From assembly GCF_004010195.1 (NCBI RefSeq), contig NC_057718.1, positions 9,588,985-9,652,984 on the forward strand: 64,000 nt of DNA, written 5' to 3'. How positions within the stretch are numbered: position 1 is the first letter of the stretch; each line of letters starts with the position of its first letter. Shown here piece after piece: positions 1 to 13,558 of this stretch. The position numbers were made by a program, and so were the translations under genes. Below the pieces are notes generated by a model that saw only the letters and a list, made by a program, of their open reading frames with translations, did no database searches and was not told the DNA's origin. This DNA is from Chiloscyllium plagiosum. Its lineage: Eukaryota.

Positions 1-580
1 GCTGTACAGGGCCCTGTTGAGACCACACCTGGAGTACTGTGTGAAGTTCTGATCTCCAAATTTGAGGAAAGACATTCTGGCTATTGAGGGAGTGCAGCGT
101 AGGTTCACGAGGACAATTCCTGGAATGGCGGGATTACCTTACACTGAAAGACTGGAGCGACTGGGCTTGTATACCCTTGAGTTTAGGGGACTGAGAGGGG
201 ATCTGATTGAGACGTATAAGATTATGAAAGGATTGGACACTCTGGCGGTAGGAAGCATGTATCCACTGATGGGTGAGTGCCAAACCAGAGGACACAGCTT
301 AAAAATTGGGGTAGACCATTTAGGACAGAGATGAGGAGAAACTTGTTCACCCAGAGAGTGGTGGCTGTGTGGAATGCTCTGCCCCAGAGGGCAGTGGAAG
401 CCCAGTCTCGATTCATTTAAGAAAGAGTTGGATAGAGCTCTCAAGGATTGTGGAATCAAGGGTTATGGAGATAAGGCAGGAACAGGATACTGATTAAGGA
501 TGATCATCCATGATCATATTGAATGGTGGTGCAGGCTCGAAGGGCTGAATGGCCTACTCCTGCACCTATTGTCTATTGTC
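1..580 (+). mobile_element. CR1-type LINE, 3' end (ORF2 C-terminus and 3' UTR)
   Basis: Translation LERLGLYTLEFRGLRGDLIETYKIMKG; tail ends in (ctattgt) repeats. Same subfamily as 35482-36932. Confidence 0.9.
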
Positions 581-693
581 ATAACTTTGCATTTTGTTTT
601 GATAAGTGTAAGTGAAAATTACCCGGATTAAGTTAGCAAGGTTGGCTACCCCGTTTAAAACAGACAAAATGTTTATTCACAAAATTTTACAAT

Positions 694-1022
694 GGGGCGG
701 CACAGTGGCTCAGTGGTTTGCACTGCTGCCGCACAGCACCAGGGACCCGGGTTCAATTCCCGCCTCGGGTGACTGCCTGTGTGGAGTTTGCACATTCTTC
801 CCGTGTCTGCGTGGGTTTCCTCCGGGTGCTCCAGTTTCCTCCCACAATCCAAAGGTGCGCCGTTCAGGTGAATTGGCCATGCTAAATTGCCCATAGTGTT
901 AGGTGCATTTGTCAGGGGTAAATATGGGGAAAGGGTCTGGGTGGGTTACTCTTCGGAGGGTTGGTGTGGACTTGTTGGGCCGAAGGGCCTGTTTCCATAC
1001 TGAAAGGAATGGAATGGAATGA
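694..1022 (+). mobile_element. tRNA-derived SINE (HE1/V-SINE type), near full length
   Basis: A box TGGCTCAGTGG, B box GGTTCAATTCC, central GGGTTTCCTCCGGGTGCTCCAGTTTCCTCCCAC domain, (GGAAT)n tail. Confidence 0.88.
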
Positions 1023-1029
1023 AACACGA

Positions 1030-1492
1030 AGAACTGAATAAAGAAGCCCTAAAGAACTCAGTCTATTCAAACTAGACTTCAGTATGCTGTTCCGAATATA
1101 CACAACAATCCCAATAAGCAAATCCCTTTAAAACAAAGTACAAAAAAGGGTCTGATGCTTACAGGTTGAAGTCAGAAGGGCAGGAGAGAGAGTTAACACA
1201 CAGCTCACTGTTGAACTCCCAACCAGTTCTGGACTGAATTAAACTGCTCAGCTAGAGAGCTGGCCACTCCCCATTCATTCTACAAGCCACTTCTAAAACA
1301 TGACCACTTTGGCCTGAAGTCTCATCTGTTTACATATAAACAAAAGGTCTCTCAAAATCCCTTTAATCTCTGTACCAAACCAGCCTGGTCAGATCCCAGC
1401 CTGGTTTATTACCCCTCTGAAAAAATTCACGGACAGAGTCTCCTTGAGCCAAGGAACAGCTTTTAGAAGAAAAAGGGACTAGCTTTGTGACA
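1030..1492 (-). mobile_element. Probable LTR (solo or partial)
   Basis: Minus strand begins TGTCACAAAGC at 1492 and has LTR-like composition. The other terminus is not identified. Confidence 0.4.
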
Positions 1493-1604
1493 CCAGCAAC
1501 TGAAGAAAATGACTCATTAAAGAACTTCTGTTGATCTGAATCTGCTGAAATAGTATAGCTAACTGCAGTCAGTTCACAGGACTGCCCCATCCCAGATAAC
1601 ATGG

Positions 1605-2205
1605 AAGGAGCAAATTACTGCAGATGCTGGAATCTGTACTGAAGCCAAAATATGCTGGAGATCACAATAGGTCAGGCAGCATCCATGGGGAGAGAGCAAG
1701 CTAACGTTTCAAGTCTCGGTGACTCTTCAGAGCTGACATGATGTGTGGAAGGGGCAGCATTTATGCTACAATAAGGGGTGGGGAACAGACTGCTGGCAGA
1801 GAAAGGGTGTTCAAAGTTTAGATTAAGTGATTGGAACGTGAGAATGGCAGAACAATGGTGTGTCTAACTGCCAGACTGGGAAGAACAGATAGTCCCTTTG
1901 GGGTGGGGGGAGGGGAGAGAGGACATGATGACAGAAAATGCAACAAGTAGAGTTTAAAAGAAAGGGAAAGAATGGGAGTGCGTTTACAATCTGAAGGTGT
2001 TGAACTTAATATTGAGTGCAGAAGACTGTAAAGTGCCTAGTCTGAAGATGAGATGTTATTCCTGCTATTTATGCTGTGATTTGCTGAAGCACTGCAGCAT
2101 ATGGAAGACAGACAAGTGGGCATGTGAGCGGGATGCTGTGTCAAAATGACTGGCTCCAGGGTGCTGCTTGCTTCCAGATGACATGGATTTTCATATGTTG
2201 CTGTT
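1605..2205 (-). mobile_element. Penelope-like element, 3' region and pseudo-LTR
   Basis: Contains the CAGATGCTGG...GGTCAGGCAGCATCC pLTR motif shared with many copies in the window, and a degenerate hammerhead-like core at about 1702-1731. Confidence 0.6.
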
Positions 2206-3139
2206 CTGCTTATCTTATCTCCGTGAATGTAAGAACTGGGAGCAGGAGTAGGCCATTTAATGCAATCGTGGCTGATTTAATCTTCTCCTCAACTCCACTT
2301 TCCTGTCCCCTGTCTATAACCCTTTGACAAATTAAAAATCTGTCTGTCTCCTCCTTCAATTTGTTCTGGCATCCACTGTACTCTGGGGTAGTGAATTCCA
2401 GATTCATAATGTTTTGAGCAAAGTATTTTCTCTATTTTAAATCTGCCTCCCATTATTCTAAAATTATGACCTTTCATTTAGATTGCCCCACATGAGGAAA
2501 CATCCTTTCAATGTGGCATGTCTGCATCTTTTGAAATGTAGTGGCAGTAACTAGCACCAATGGTACTTGATTTCCTCTTTCAATATCTGCTGATGTGCTA
2601 CAGACATTGTTCTATTTGATAAGGGAAACATTGTTCACTGAGCTTAAGGCTTTCTAACAATACTTCAGTCTGAAGGACACTGTTAGTGCATCTTTTCTGA
2701 ATCCTTTCAAGTTTCACAACATCCTTCCATTAGGGAGGAGACCAGAATTGCACGCAATATTCCAAAAGTGGCCGAATCAATGTCTTGTGCAACCGCAACA
2801 TGACCTCCCAACTCCTGCACTCAATATTCTGACCAATAAAGGAAAGCATACCAAACACTTCCTTCACTATCCTATCTACTTGCGGTCCTCAAAGAACTCC
2901 AGTATTTTTGTTAAACATGATTTCACAAAGCCGTGGTGACTCAGCCTCAGTCATTTGAATTTTTCTAATTACCCTACCATAAGATTTTTAACAACAGCTT
3001 TGAACACCTTCTTTTGGCTGATGTTAAACTAACTGTCCTGTATTTTGCTGCTCTCTGTCTCCCTTTTTGAATAAAGGAGGATTTTGACTCCTCAACCATT
3101 AGCTAAATCATATAATGTTGAAACATTCAGGTTTCATAG

Positions 3140-3362
3140 CATAGAATCCCTACAGTGCGAAGCAGGCCATTCAGCCCATTAAGTCTATACTGATCTTCTA
3201 AGGAGCTTTCCACTCAGGCCTACCCTATCACTGTAACCCTGCATTTCCCATGGCTAATCCACCTAGCCTGCACATCCCTGGACATTATGGGCAATTTCCC
3301 ATGGCCAATCCACCCTAACCTGCACATCTTTGAAACTGGAGCACTCAGAGGAAACTCACGCA
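3140..3362 (-). mobile_element. HE1/V-SINE-type SINE, 3' part
   Basis: Reverse-complement similarity to 694-1022. Confidence 0.7.
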
Positions 3363-5519
3363 GAGGGACACAAGCTGTTTCTCGCCTTTCCACATTGGTA
3401 GACTAACATTAGCAATATATTTAGTGATCCAGTGGGGTCAACACTGTCGACAGCAACAACAACCTGTACTAATACAACATTTGTTGACATGTCTCTTCAC
3501 AGGAGCAATTATCAAACAGAACTTGACAGATGGGTGAGTAAGAGTCAAATCTAAAGAGGCATCTTGAAGGAGAGAAACAGAAAAATTTAGAGAGGGAGAT
3601 CTCAGGCCTTGGGCCTAAGCAGCTGAAGGTGGAATTGGGGGGGCGCAGGGACCCTGGAGGATTGTAGATCAGGAGGAGGCAACATAAATTGGGAGGAGCA
3701 AAGGATTTGAAAAATCCAACAGCAATCCTACAGCAAAAATCCTACAAGTCAGCCTTTTAACACTCTGACTTGTTAAAAGTCAGAGTGTCCTGCAGCTCAA
3801 GGCTCCCCATTCTGGACTTATGGAAGCTTGGTTTATGTTTTAAATAAATAAATCCCATTAAACGCCCGTGTCCCAATGTTTCCTTTGCCTTTTTTGCGGA
3901 TAAATACGAAATTGTAGAATTTCCAGGAATGTGATAGAGCCAATCAGATAACTGAAATACAAATATACACTTAAGTGAAAGGTAACATATATTAGGGGTC
4001 TCCATCAACATCAAAATCATAGAAACATAGGAACAGGAGTAGGCCATTCAGCCCCTCGAGCCAGTTCCACCATTCAATGTGATCGTGGCTGATGTGTGAC
4101 CTAACTCCATATACCTGCCCTTTAGTCTGCATCCCTTGACACCTTTGCTTAACAAAAATATATATTTCAGATTTATGATTAATAACTGTTCCAGCATCCA
4201 CTGCCATTTATGGAGAGAATTTGAGCCTTTCCCACTCTCTGTATTTAGAAGTGCTGCCTAACATCTCTCCTGAATGTTCTGGCTCCAATTCTCAGATAAT
4301 GCCCCCCTCCCCCCACCCCGGTTCAAGAATCTCCAAGCCATGGAAATAGTTTATCTTCATCTACCCTGTCCTTTCCTGCTAATATCTCAGTGCCTGAAGA
4401 TTTTTCAGTTTTCCCATGCATTTTCCATGGAATCAGTTGTGTGGGATCTCCACATGGTCCCAAGGCACAACTCCAATCTACCCTAGAGAAATGACTATCT
4501 CCCCAATGGAATTTCTGTGCCATGGTCATTGTGACTAAGACCAGCTTCCATTTCCAGATTTTGAATTGAACTTGAATTCCATACGCTGTCATGCTTGAGA
4601 GTAGAACTCTTGCCCCTGGAATATTAATTAGTATGGGCCTCTGGATTTCCAATCTTGTTTCATGACCAGGATCCCATCACCTCCCCTACAGCCAGCAACC
4701 AATAAAGCAAATGTTACATTGACATTTAATGCTCAGAGTTGAAGTACAAGAAGTCTTACTATCACTAAACAGTAGACAACATCAAAGTACAGTTTTCTTC
4801 TCATTGTCTAAAGAAGGATATTTTTCACTAAAGGGGCTACAGGGGTTCAAAGCATTGATATTTGGGATGAAAGCACTGATTTAATAGAATGAACCTGTGC
4901 TCCCAGGAAGCTTGAAGAATGAGAGGTTCTAAATCCTTAGAGGAATCGATAGAGTAGATGCTGAGAGGCTGCCTCTCTGGGCTAGGTGATCGAGAACTTT
5001 GGAGTCCAGGTTTCAGGAATAAGAGGACAGCCATTTTGGACCGAGATGAGGGAACATTACTTTAACTGAGGATTTGATCCTTCGGCATTGTCTACACCAG
5101 TCAGTAGTGGAGATGTGGACAATGTGTTCATACAAGCTTGATGGACTCTTAGATGTTGGGAGCCAAGGGATTTGGGGATCAGCTGTGTGATGAAACTGTG
5201 AGATTTGTCCGTATGTAATTTAACATTGTTAACTGCAAGCTTGGGTTGCTGGAATTCGAAGTTTAGCTTATGGATTCGCCTGTGTATTTGGAGTTAACAA
5301 TTAGCATTAAAATGTCATGATTTGGAAGAGCCGATGTTGGACTGGGGTGTACAAAGTTAAAAATCATACAAAACCAAGTTATAGTCCAACAGGTTTATTT
5401 GAAAGTACTAGTTTTTGAAGCACTGCTCCTTCATCAGGCAGCTGATTGTGAATGTGCAGAAAGGTCACCTGGAGGTCATACTGTAAAATACAAATCTACT
5501 GCGATTTCAGAAACCATGT

Positions 5520-6463
5520 TCAGTGACAACAGTTGAGGCCCTAATGGGAGAATGTTAGAACCAATAGAAGAGGACTTAGACTTAATGGTAAAGTCCTGAG
5601 GAGTGTTGCTGAACAAAGAGATCTTGGAGTGCAGGTTCATAGCTCCTTGAAAGTGGAGCAACCTTTTCACGCAGAGGGTGGTACGTCTATGGAATGAGCT
5701 GCCAGAGGAAGTAGTGGAGGCTACAATGATTGCAACATTTAAAAGGCATTTGAATGGGTTTATGAATAGGAAGGATTTGGAGGGATACGGGTCAGGTGCT
5801 GGCAGATGGGACTAGATTGGGTTGGGATATTTGGTCGGCATGGACATGTTGAACCAAAAGGTCTGTTTCCATGCTGTACATCTCTATGACTCTATCACTC
5901 TATAGGAGTTGGGAGGTCATGTTGCGGCTGCACAGGACATTGATTAGGCCACTTTTAGAACATTGTGTGCAATTCTGGTCTCCCTCCTAGAGAAAGGATG
6001 TTGTGAAACCTGAAAGGGTTCAGAAAAGATTTACAAGGATGTTGCCAGGGTTGGTGGGTTATAGGGAGAAGCTGAACAGGCTGGGGCTGTTTTCCCTGGA
6101 GCATCAGAGGTGGAGAGGTGACCTTATACACTCACGAGGGGCATGAATAGAGCAAAGACATGGTCTTTTCCCTGGGGTGGGGAAGTCCAGAACTGGAGGG
6201 CATAGGTTTAAGGTGGGAGGGGAAAGATTTAAAAGAAACCTAAGGGGCAACGTTTTTACAGAGGGTGATGCATGTGTGGGAGGTGGTGGAAGCTGGTACA
6301 ATGACAACATTTAAAAGGCATCTGGAGGGTATATGAATAGGAAGGTTTAGAGGGGTGTGGGCCAAGTGCTGACAAATGGGACTAGATTAATGTTGGATAT
6401 CTGGTTGGCACAGACAAGTTGGACTGAAGGGCCTGTTTCCGTGCTGTTCATCTCTATGACTCT
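5520..6463 (+). mobile_element. Two rearranged CR1 3' ends
   Basis: Two copies of the CR1 3' UTR ending in (ctctatga) repeats at about 5900 and 6463, with ORF2 remnants. Confidence 0.85.
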
Positions 6464-6984
6464 AAGTAACCTTTGCTGTTTACTAAGGGAAACCAATGGA
6501 CATCCTGTGCTTAGATTTCCAGAAAGGTGCCAACTCAAAGTTTATTGTGAAATATAAAGGCTCATGATGTAGGGGGAAGATCCTGGCTTTGACAGATAAT
6601 TAGCTTACTAACAAGAATCAACATCAGCATAAATAGTTCATCTTCTGGTTGGCGAAACATAACCATAGGTGTGTCACATGGAATCAGTGCTGGGGCCTTA
6701 ACTTTTTACAATTTACATAAATGATTTGGATGCAGGGAGCAAAGGAATGATTGCTAAATTTGCTGATGACATAAAGATAGGGAAATTGGGAGGAGGACAC
6801 AACTCGTCACAATAGGAATCTACAAAGGGACATAAGTGATAAGCAAAGATCTGGGAAGTAGACAGCAATATGAGAAACTGTGAAAATGCCTAATTTTGGC
6901 AGGCTGAATTAAAAGTAGCCTATTATTTAGATGATGAAATTGCAAATTTCTGTGATACAGAGGGATCTGGATGTCACAGTTTTG

Positions 6985-9900
6985 TTTATATTATTCATTC
7001 ATGGGACATGGTGCCACTGCCTGGCCAGCATTTATTGTCAGTCCCTAGCTACCCTTGAGAATATGTCTTCTTGCCACTGCAATCCATGTGGGATGGTGAG
7101 TGGCTTGGAGGGGAACTTGCATGGAATGTTGTTCCCATGCATCTGCTACCTTTGCCCTTATAGATGGTAGTGATCATGGGTTTGAAAGGTGTTGTCTCAG
7201 GATCATTGAATTTCAGCAGTACACCTTGTAGATAGCATGTACAAGTACTACTGAGTGGTGGTAGAGGGAATGGATGCTTTTGGATGTACTGCCAGTCAAA
7301 CAGGCTGCTTTGTCCTGGATGGTATCAAACTCCTTGAGTGTTGTTCGAGCTGCATCCATCCAGGCAATTGGGGAATATTCCATCACACATCTGACTTGAG
7401 CCTGGTAGATGGTGGACTGTTTTTGGGAAGTCAAGAGGTGAGTTACTTGCCACATTATTCCTAGCCTCTGACCTGCTCTTGTAGCCACTGTGTTTATGTG
7501 GTGGGTCCAGTTGAGTTTCTGGTCAATAGTAACTCCCAGTGGATAGTGGAAGATTCAGTGATGGTAACACCATTGCATTCAATGGGTGGTGATTAGATTG
7601 TCTCTTAATGGAGATGGTCATTGCCTGGCATTTGTGTGGCACAAATGTTACTTGCCACTTGTCAGCCCAAGCCTGGATATTGTCCAGATCTTGTTGCATT
7701 TGAACAGGCACTGCTTCGGTATCTGAAAAATTGCAAATAATGCTAAATACTGTGAAATTGTCAGTGAGCATTGCCACTTCTGACCTTATGATGGAGGGAA
7801 GGTCACTGAAGATGGTTTATCTAGGACACTCCCGTGAGGATCTCCTGCAGAGATGTCCTGGAGCTGAGATGACTGACTTTCTACAATCACCACCATCTTC
7901 CTTTGTGCCAGCTATGACTCCAACCAGTTTGCCCCCTAATACTCATTTATTCCAGTTTTGCTAGGACTGTTTGATGCCACACCTCGTCGAATGTGACCAT
8001 GTTATCAAGGGCTGTCACTCTCACCTCCTTTCTGGAATCCAGTTCTTTTGTCCATGTTTGAACCAAGGCTGTAATGAGGTCAGGAGCTGAGTGGCCCTGG
8101 TGGAACCCAAACTGGGCATCACTGAGCAGGTGTTGATGTCACATTCGATGACTTTATTTACGATCAAGAGTCAACCGATGGGAAAGCAATTGGCTTGACT
8201 GGATTTGCCCTACTCTTTGAATACAGGACATACCTGGGCAATTTTACATCATGTCAGGGAGATGTAACTATACTGGAACATCTTGGCTAGGGCAGTGGCA
8301 AGTTCTGGAGCACAAGTCTTCAGTATTATAGAACCATAGAGTCATACAGCATAGAAACAGACCCTTCATCTCAACTTGTCCATGCCGACCACGTTTCCCA
8401 AACTAAACTAGCCCCATTTGACTGTCTTTGGCTCAAATCCCTCTAAATCTTTCCTATTCATGTACTTTTCCAAAAGTCTTTTAATTTTTTTAACTGCATC
8501 TGCATCCAACACTTCCTTTGGCAGTTCATTTCACATATGAACCACCCTCTGTGTGAAAATGTTTTCCCTCAGATTCCTTTTAAAACTTTCTCCTCCCACC
8601 CTAAAAATATGCACCCTAGTTTTGAGCTCCCCTACCCTAGAGAAAAGACCTTTGCTATTTGCCCTATCCATGCCCCTCATGATTTCATAAACCTCTATAA
8701 GGTCACCCCTCAACCTCCTATGCTCCAGTGAAAAATGTCCCAGACTATCCAGCCCAAGCCCATAACTCAAACCGTCCAGTTCCAGCAACATCTTGGTAAA
8801 TCTTTTTTGAACCCTCTCCAGTTTAATAATATCCTTCCTATAGCAAGGCAACCAGAACTGTACTCAGTACTTGAAAAGTGGCCTCACCAATGTCATGTAC
8901 AACCTCAACATGACATCTTCTATACTCATCGGTCTGACAATGTCGGCAAGCATGCTAAACATCTCCTTAACCTTCAGTGTTGTTGGAGCTGCATCCATCC
9001 AGGCAAGTGAGGAATATTCCATCACACATCTGACTTGTGCCTTGTAGATGGTGGACGGGCTTTGGGAAATCAGGAGGTGAGTTACTCGCTGCAGTTTTCC
9101 TAGCCTCTGACCTACTCTTGTAGCCATTGTGTTTATGTGGCAAGTCTACCTGTGATGCAACTTTCAAACAATGATGTACCTGAACACTAGGTCTCTCTGT
9201 TCGACAACACTACCCAGGGCCCTACCATTAACTGTATAAGTCCTGCCCTTGTTTATTTTACTAAACTGCAGTACCTCACATTTATCCAAATTAAACTCCA
9301 TCTGCCGCTCCAAAGCCCATTGGCCCAATTGATCAAGATCCCTTTGTAATCTTAGATTACTTTCTTCATTGTTGACTATACCAACAACTTTGGTGTCATC
9401 TTCAAACTTATTAATCATGCGTTCTAAATTTCTTTATATAAATGACAAATTGTTTATATAAATAACAAGCAAAAGTGGACCCAGCACCGATCCCTGCAAA
9501 GCACCACTGGTTCACAGCTTCCAGCCAAAAAAAAACCTTCCACCATCACCCCCCGCCCCCTACCATCAAGCCACCTCTGCATCAAATTGGTGACCTCTCC
9601 TTGAATTCCATATAATCTGACTTCATCTGCCATGCAGAATCTTGCTAAATGCTTTACTAAGGTTCATTTAGACAATGCCTGCTGCTCTATCCTCTTCAAT
9701 CATTTTGATCACATCCTCAAAATACTCAATCAAGTCTGTGAGACACAATTACCCACATACAAAACCATGCTGACTATCCCTAATCAGTCCTTGCCTCTCC
9801 AAATGAATCCTATGTCTCAGGATCCCCTCCAACAACTTATCCACTATTGATATCAGACTCACAGGTCTACAGTTCCTAGACTTCTCCTAACAGTCTTTCT

Positions 9901-11020
9901 TAAATAATGGCACAACATTAACCACCCTCCAGACCTCTGGCACCTCACTTGATCCCAGTTGCCTATACTTAATACAGTATATGACTCCTTCTTACTTTTG
10001 ACCAGAGCTTCAATATCTTTATTCATTCATCATTCCCTAATTTTACCAGCCTTACCTTTCACTCTAACATATTGCCTCTGAATTCTTGTTATCTCACTTT
10101 TGAAAGCCTCCCCTTAGTGAGTCATCCCTGTACCTGTGAACAGTCCACTCCAATCAACTCTTGAAAGTTCCTGTCTAATACCATCAAAATTTGCCCTACT
10201 CTATAGTTGAGAAATTTAACTTCTATACAAGGCCTATCCTTTTCTATTACTATTTTAAAGCTAATAGAATTATGGTCACTGTTCCCAAAGTGCTTCCCCG
10301 CTAACACTTCAGTCACTTTCCCTGCCTTATTTCGCAAGAGAAGGTAAGGTTTTGCCCCTTTTCTAGAACAGGTAATGAGAAGCTGGAAGTTGTTGTACAC
10401 ATTGATAAGAATGACATAATTAGAATTAGAAAGGTTTTATTGTCATGTGTACTCAAGTACAGGATACAAGAGTACAGAGGAAAGTTTAAAATGTTGCCAT
10501 TCACGGCACCATCTTATGTACAGTGTAGCTATGTACAAAACCATAGATACAAAATAGAAAAATAAAGAAATAAGTTAAAAGTTTAACATTCAGTATTAAG
10601 TCGTAAATAAAGAAATAAAGTTAAAAGTTTCAAAATTACAGTCCTTCTTTAGCCATGGGAAAGAGCTAAAGCTTTGCAAACTGAATATTGGAAGTTAGGT
10701 AAAAGGTTAAAAAGCAGAACCTCAAAGATAGTAAGCTCTGAATTATTGCCGGAATGTTGTCAGGGCCCTTAGCCTTTGCAATATCCAGTGCCACCAACCA
10801 TTTCTTGACATCACGTGGAGAGAATCGAATTGGCTGAAGACTGGTCTCTGTAATGCTGGGGATGTCTGAAGGAGGCCAAGATGGATCACCCAGTCTGCAC
10901 TCCTGGCTGAAGTTTGCTGCGAATGCTTTAGCCTTATCTTTTGCACTGATGTGTCAGGCTCTTCTGTCATTGAGGATGGGGATATTTGTGGAGCCTCCTC
11001 CTCTGCTGAATTGTTTAAGT
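6985..11020 (-). mobile_element. Second non-LTR LINE family (L2/CR1/Jockey group), parts 6985-8328 and 10743-11020
   Basis: ORF2-like remnants QQDLDNIQAWADKWQVTF and TIYQAQVRCVMEYSPIAW; the two parts join across the CR1 at 8329. Confidence 0.75.
8329..10375 (-). mobile_element. CR1 LINE fragment nested in the previous element
   Basis: Translations LERVQKRFTKML, NKFEDDTK and HFGNSDHNSISF; CR1 tail at about 8330-8345. Confidence 0.88.
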
Positions 11021-12914
11021 GCATGAATCAGAAAACAATAGCATATAACTACATTAAGTAACCAGGAAAGACAACAGAATATTATCATTTATTACGAGGG
11101 GAATTAAATTCAAAAGTTCTTCAGGGCACTGGTGAGACCATATCTGGTTACTGTGTACAACAGTATTCCTGATTTAAGAAAGGATGTAAATGCATTAGAA
11201 GCAGTTTAGAGATTTATTATGCCAATACCTGGAATGCTGGTGGGTTGTCTTATGAAGAAAATTAACAGGCTAGGCTGTAGCCAGTAGAATTTAGGTGATT
11301 TGAGTGAATAATATAAGATGCTGAGGGGTCTTAGCAGGGTATATGTAGAAAGGATGCTTCCTTTTGGGGGGATATCTTGAACTAGGGGTCACTGTTCAAA
11401 AATAAATGGTCACCCATTTAAAACAGCAATGAGTTTTCTCACAGAAAATCACGAGTCTTTGGAATGCTACTCCTGAAAAGGCAGTGGAAGCAAAGCGCTT
11501 GTATAATTTTTATGGTTTTGTTAGCAAGATTCTTGATAAACAAGGAGGTGAAAGGTCATCCGGGACAGACGCTAATACCGAGTAATCAGATCAGCCACAC
11601 TCTTACTGAACGACAGAGCAGGCACGGGTGACGTACTCCTGCTCCCAATTTGTGGGTTTGTACAGGATTGAACTGCTTGGGGCAAAGGCTATTCAGGGGA
11701 GATTTGATAGCATTGCAGAGGATTGTGGCAGAATTGGATGAAATGGACAAGGAAAAGGTCTTCTGATGGGTCAAGGACCAGATGTAAACGTTTGGGATTG
11801 AGGTGCATGTGAATGTGCTCTTTTACACAGCGAGTAGCAAAATCCGCCCCGTGAAGATAGTGAAAGGCAGACAATCAATGATTTGGAAAGGAAACTGCAT
11901 GGATGCTTGAGAGAAACAAACTTGCAGAGAAACAAGGATACAGCGGGATAATGGGGATGATCCAGTTGCTTTACAAAGAAAAATACCTACCTTCTGTATC
12001 ATTGTGACTCTATGACTCGTGCACTATTAATAAATTTCAAGTTTACAACGCCACCTCCCTTCAGTTGCCCACAACCAGGTCCACGTGCCATCTGTGCATA
12101 CCAAGGAGAGTGAGAGTAACTTGTACCGTATGCCCTCTTCCAAATGTGCTTTGAATAGTCACAAAGGCAGGCTGGTGATTTCTCAGGCTTTAAGCAATAG
12201 CCTGGCCTATAATTGATCATTCTCCCTGAAGTAGCTCTAAAAGAGCTTGTGTTCTGTTTTACCTGGAAACTGGCTGCAAAGTACAAATCACCTTAAAAAC
12301 AAACACAATGCGAGATAAATAAACTGCACCATAAGATTTCTAAAATGGTCTTGACGACTGAGTTGTATTTGTATTCCTGCAGTACAAAATAATTCCTTGT
12401 CTAATCCTTTTGAAGAACAGGGCATATTTTGAATTTCGGCACATCTCCCTCAGCATTATTCATTGTGAGTCAGACAATATTCTGCTTTTAGCAAGGTTTA
12501 CAATAGAATATAGCAGATTTATTAGAGAAGCAGGCATGACACTCACAGGACATCACGGGGCCAGGAGATCGCAGCACCCAAACACCATAGCATCCAAACA
12601 TAACGAGAGATAAACAAACCTCATACGAAGAGTTCATTGTATAAATCAATGTTCATTTGTGCAGCAGGAGTTGTGCTTTTGAACAATTCAACATTGGTTG
12701 GTTCTGAGTCAGGATTATGTTCTGTCAATAAAGGTGTGTTATTATCCACTGTTGGTGACTTCCTTCTTCAGGTCTCCTGCAGATGTTACTGCTGATTGCC
12801 AACTCATTTCAATGCCTGCTTTCTGATGTTCAAAGGAAGTGATGACAGGCTAGTCTACCTTGGAAGGCATCACAATCTGCCAGGCTGCCCTTCACCACAC
12901 CACAGATAGCAGGC

Positions 12915-13430
12915 TGTGGAGGAGGTCGTTAGGGCCGACTGCCTGCCCCTCTTCCGCGGTTACGTTAGAGCCCGGGTGTCTCTGGAAAAGGAGCACGCGG
13001 TGTCCACCGACACCTTGGAGTTGTTCAGGGAGAAGTGGGCGTTGCAGGGAGTGGAGTGCATTATTTCCCCCTCCAACTCTACTTTGCTTTGATCCCTGCC
13101 CTCCCCTTCACTATTTGATCACACAGCATTGCCCTTTGATGTGAAGGGCACTGCTTGTCACTGGCCACTCAGGTGTTTCCTTTCTTCCTGGTGGCGGAAA
13201 CTGAATAAAGATTCATGCACCTTGTGTCTTTCACTGTGTCTCACACCTGCACACACACAACATGGGTGCTGGGGGAGAATAAGCACTACCGCTGTGAATG
13301 CTTATATTTCCCCAGCACCCATGTTGTGTGTGTGCAGGTGTGAGACACAGTGAAAGACACAAGGTGCATGAATCTTTATTCAAATTTCCGCTGTTAGGCG
13401 GTAGTGTGCGTAAAAAGGGGGGAAAAAATA
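12915..13430 (+). mobile_element. Tx1/L1-clade LINE, 3' end
   Basis: Translates as EVVRADCLPLFRGYVRARVSLEKEHAVSTDTLELFREKWALQGVECII, resembling Tx1 ORF2 C-termini as I recall them; followed by a 3' UTR with AATAAA and an A-rich tail. Confidence 0.7.
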
Positions 13431-13558
13431 AACAACAGTGTCAGAGGTTCTATTCACTCTGAGAGCTGGCTAAAAAAAACGATAAACAGGAGTATAAGAG
13501 GTCTGCTCACTCTGAGGTAGCTGGGTTAGTGTCAAGGAATCTCCACATGTAAATAAAG

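Larger units (their letters stand above)
6465..11660 (+). mobile_element. Old CR1 LINE split by nested insertions (parts about 6465-6980 and 11020-11660)
   Basis: RT motif remnants (IAKFADD near 6750). The sequence agggatctggatgtc (about 6975) continues as gtgcatgaatc (about 11020). Confidence 0.7.

Noticed and set aside
694..770. tRNA gene
   Set aside because: tRNA-derived SINE head continuing into SINE body and tail; multiple copies in the window.
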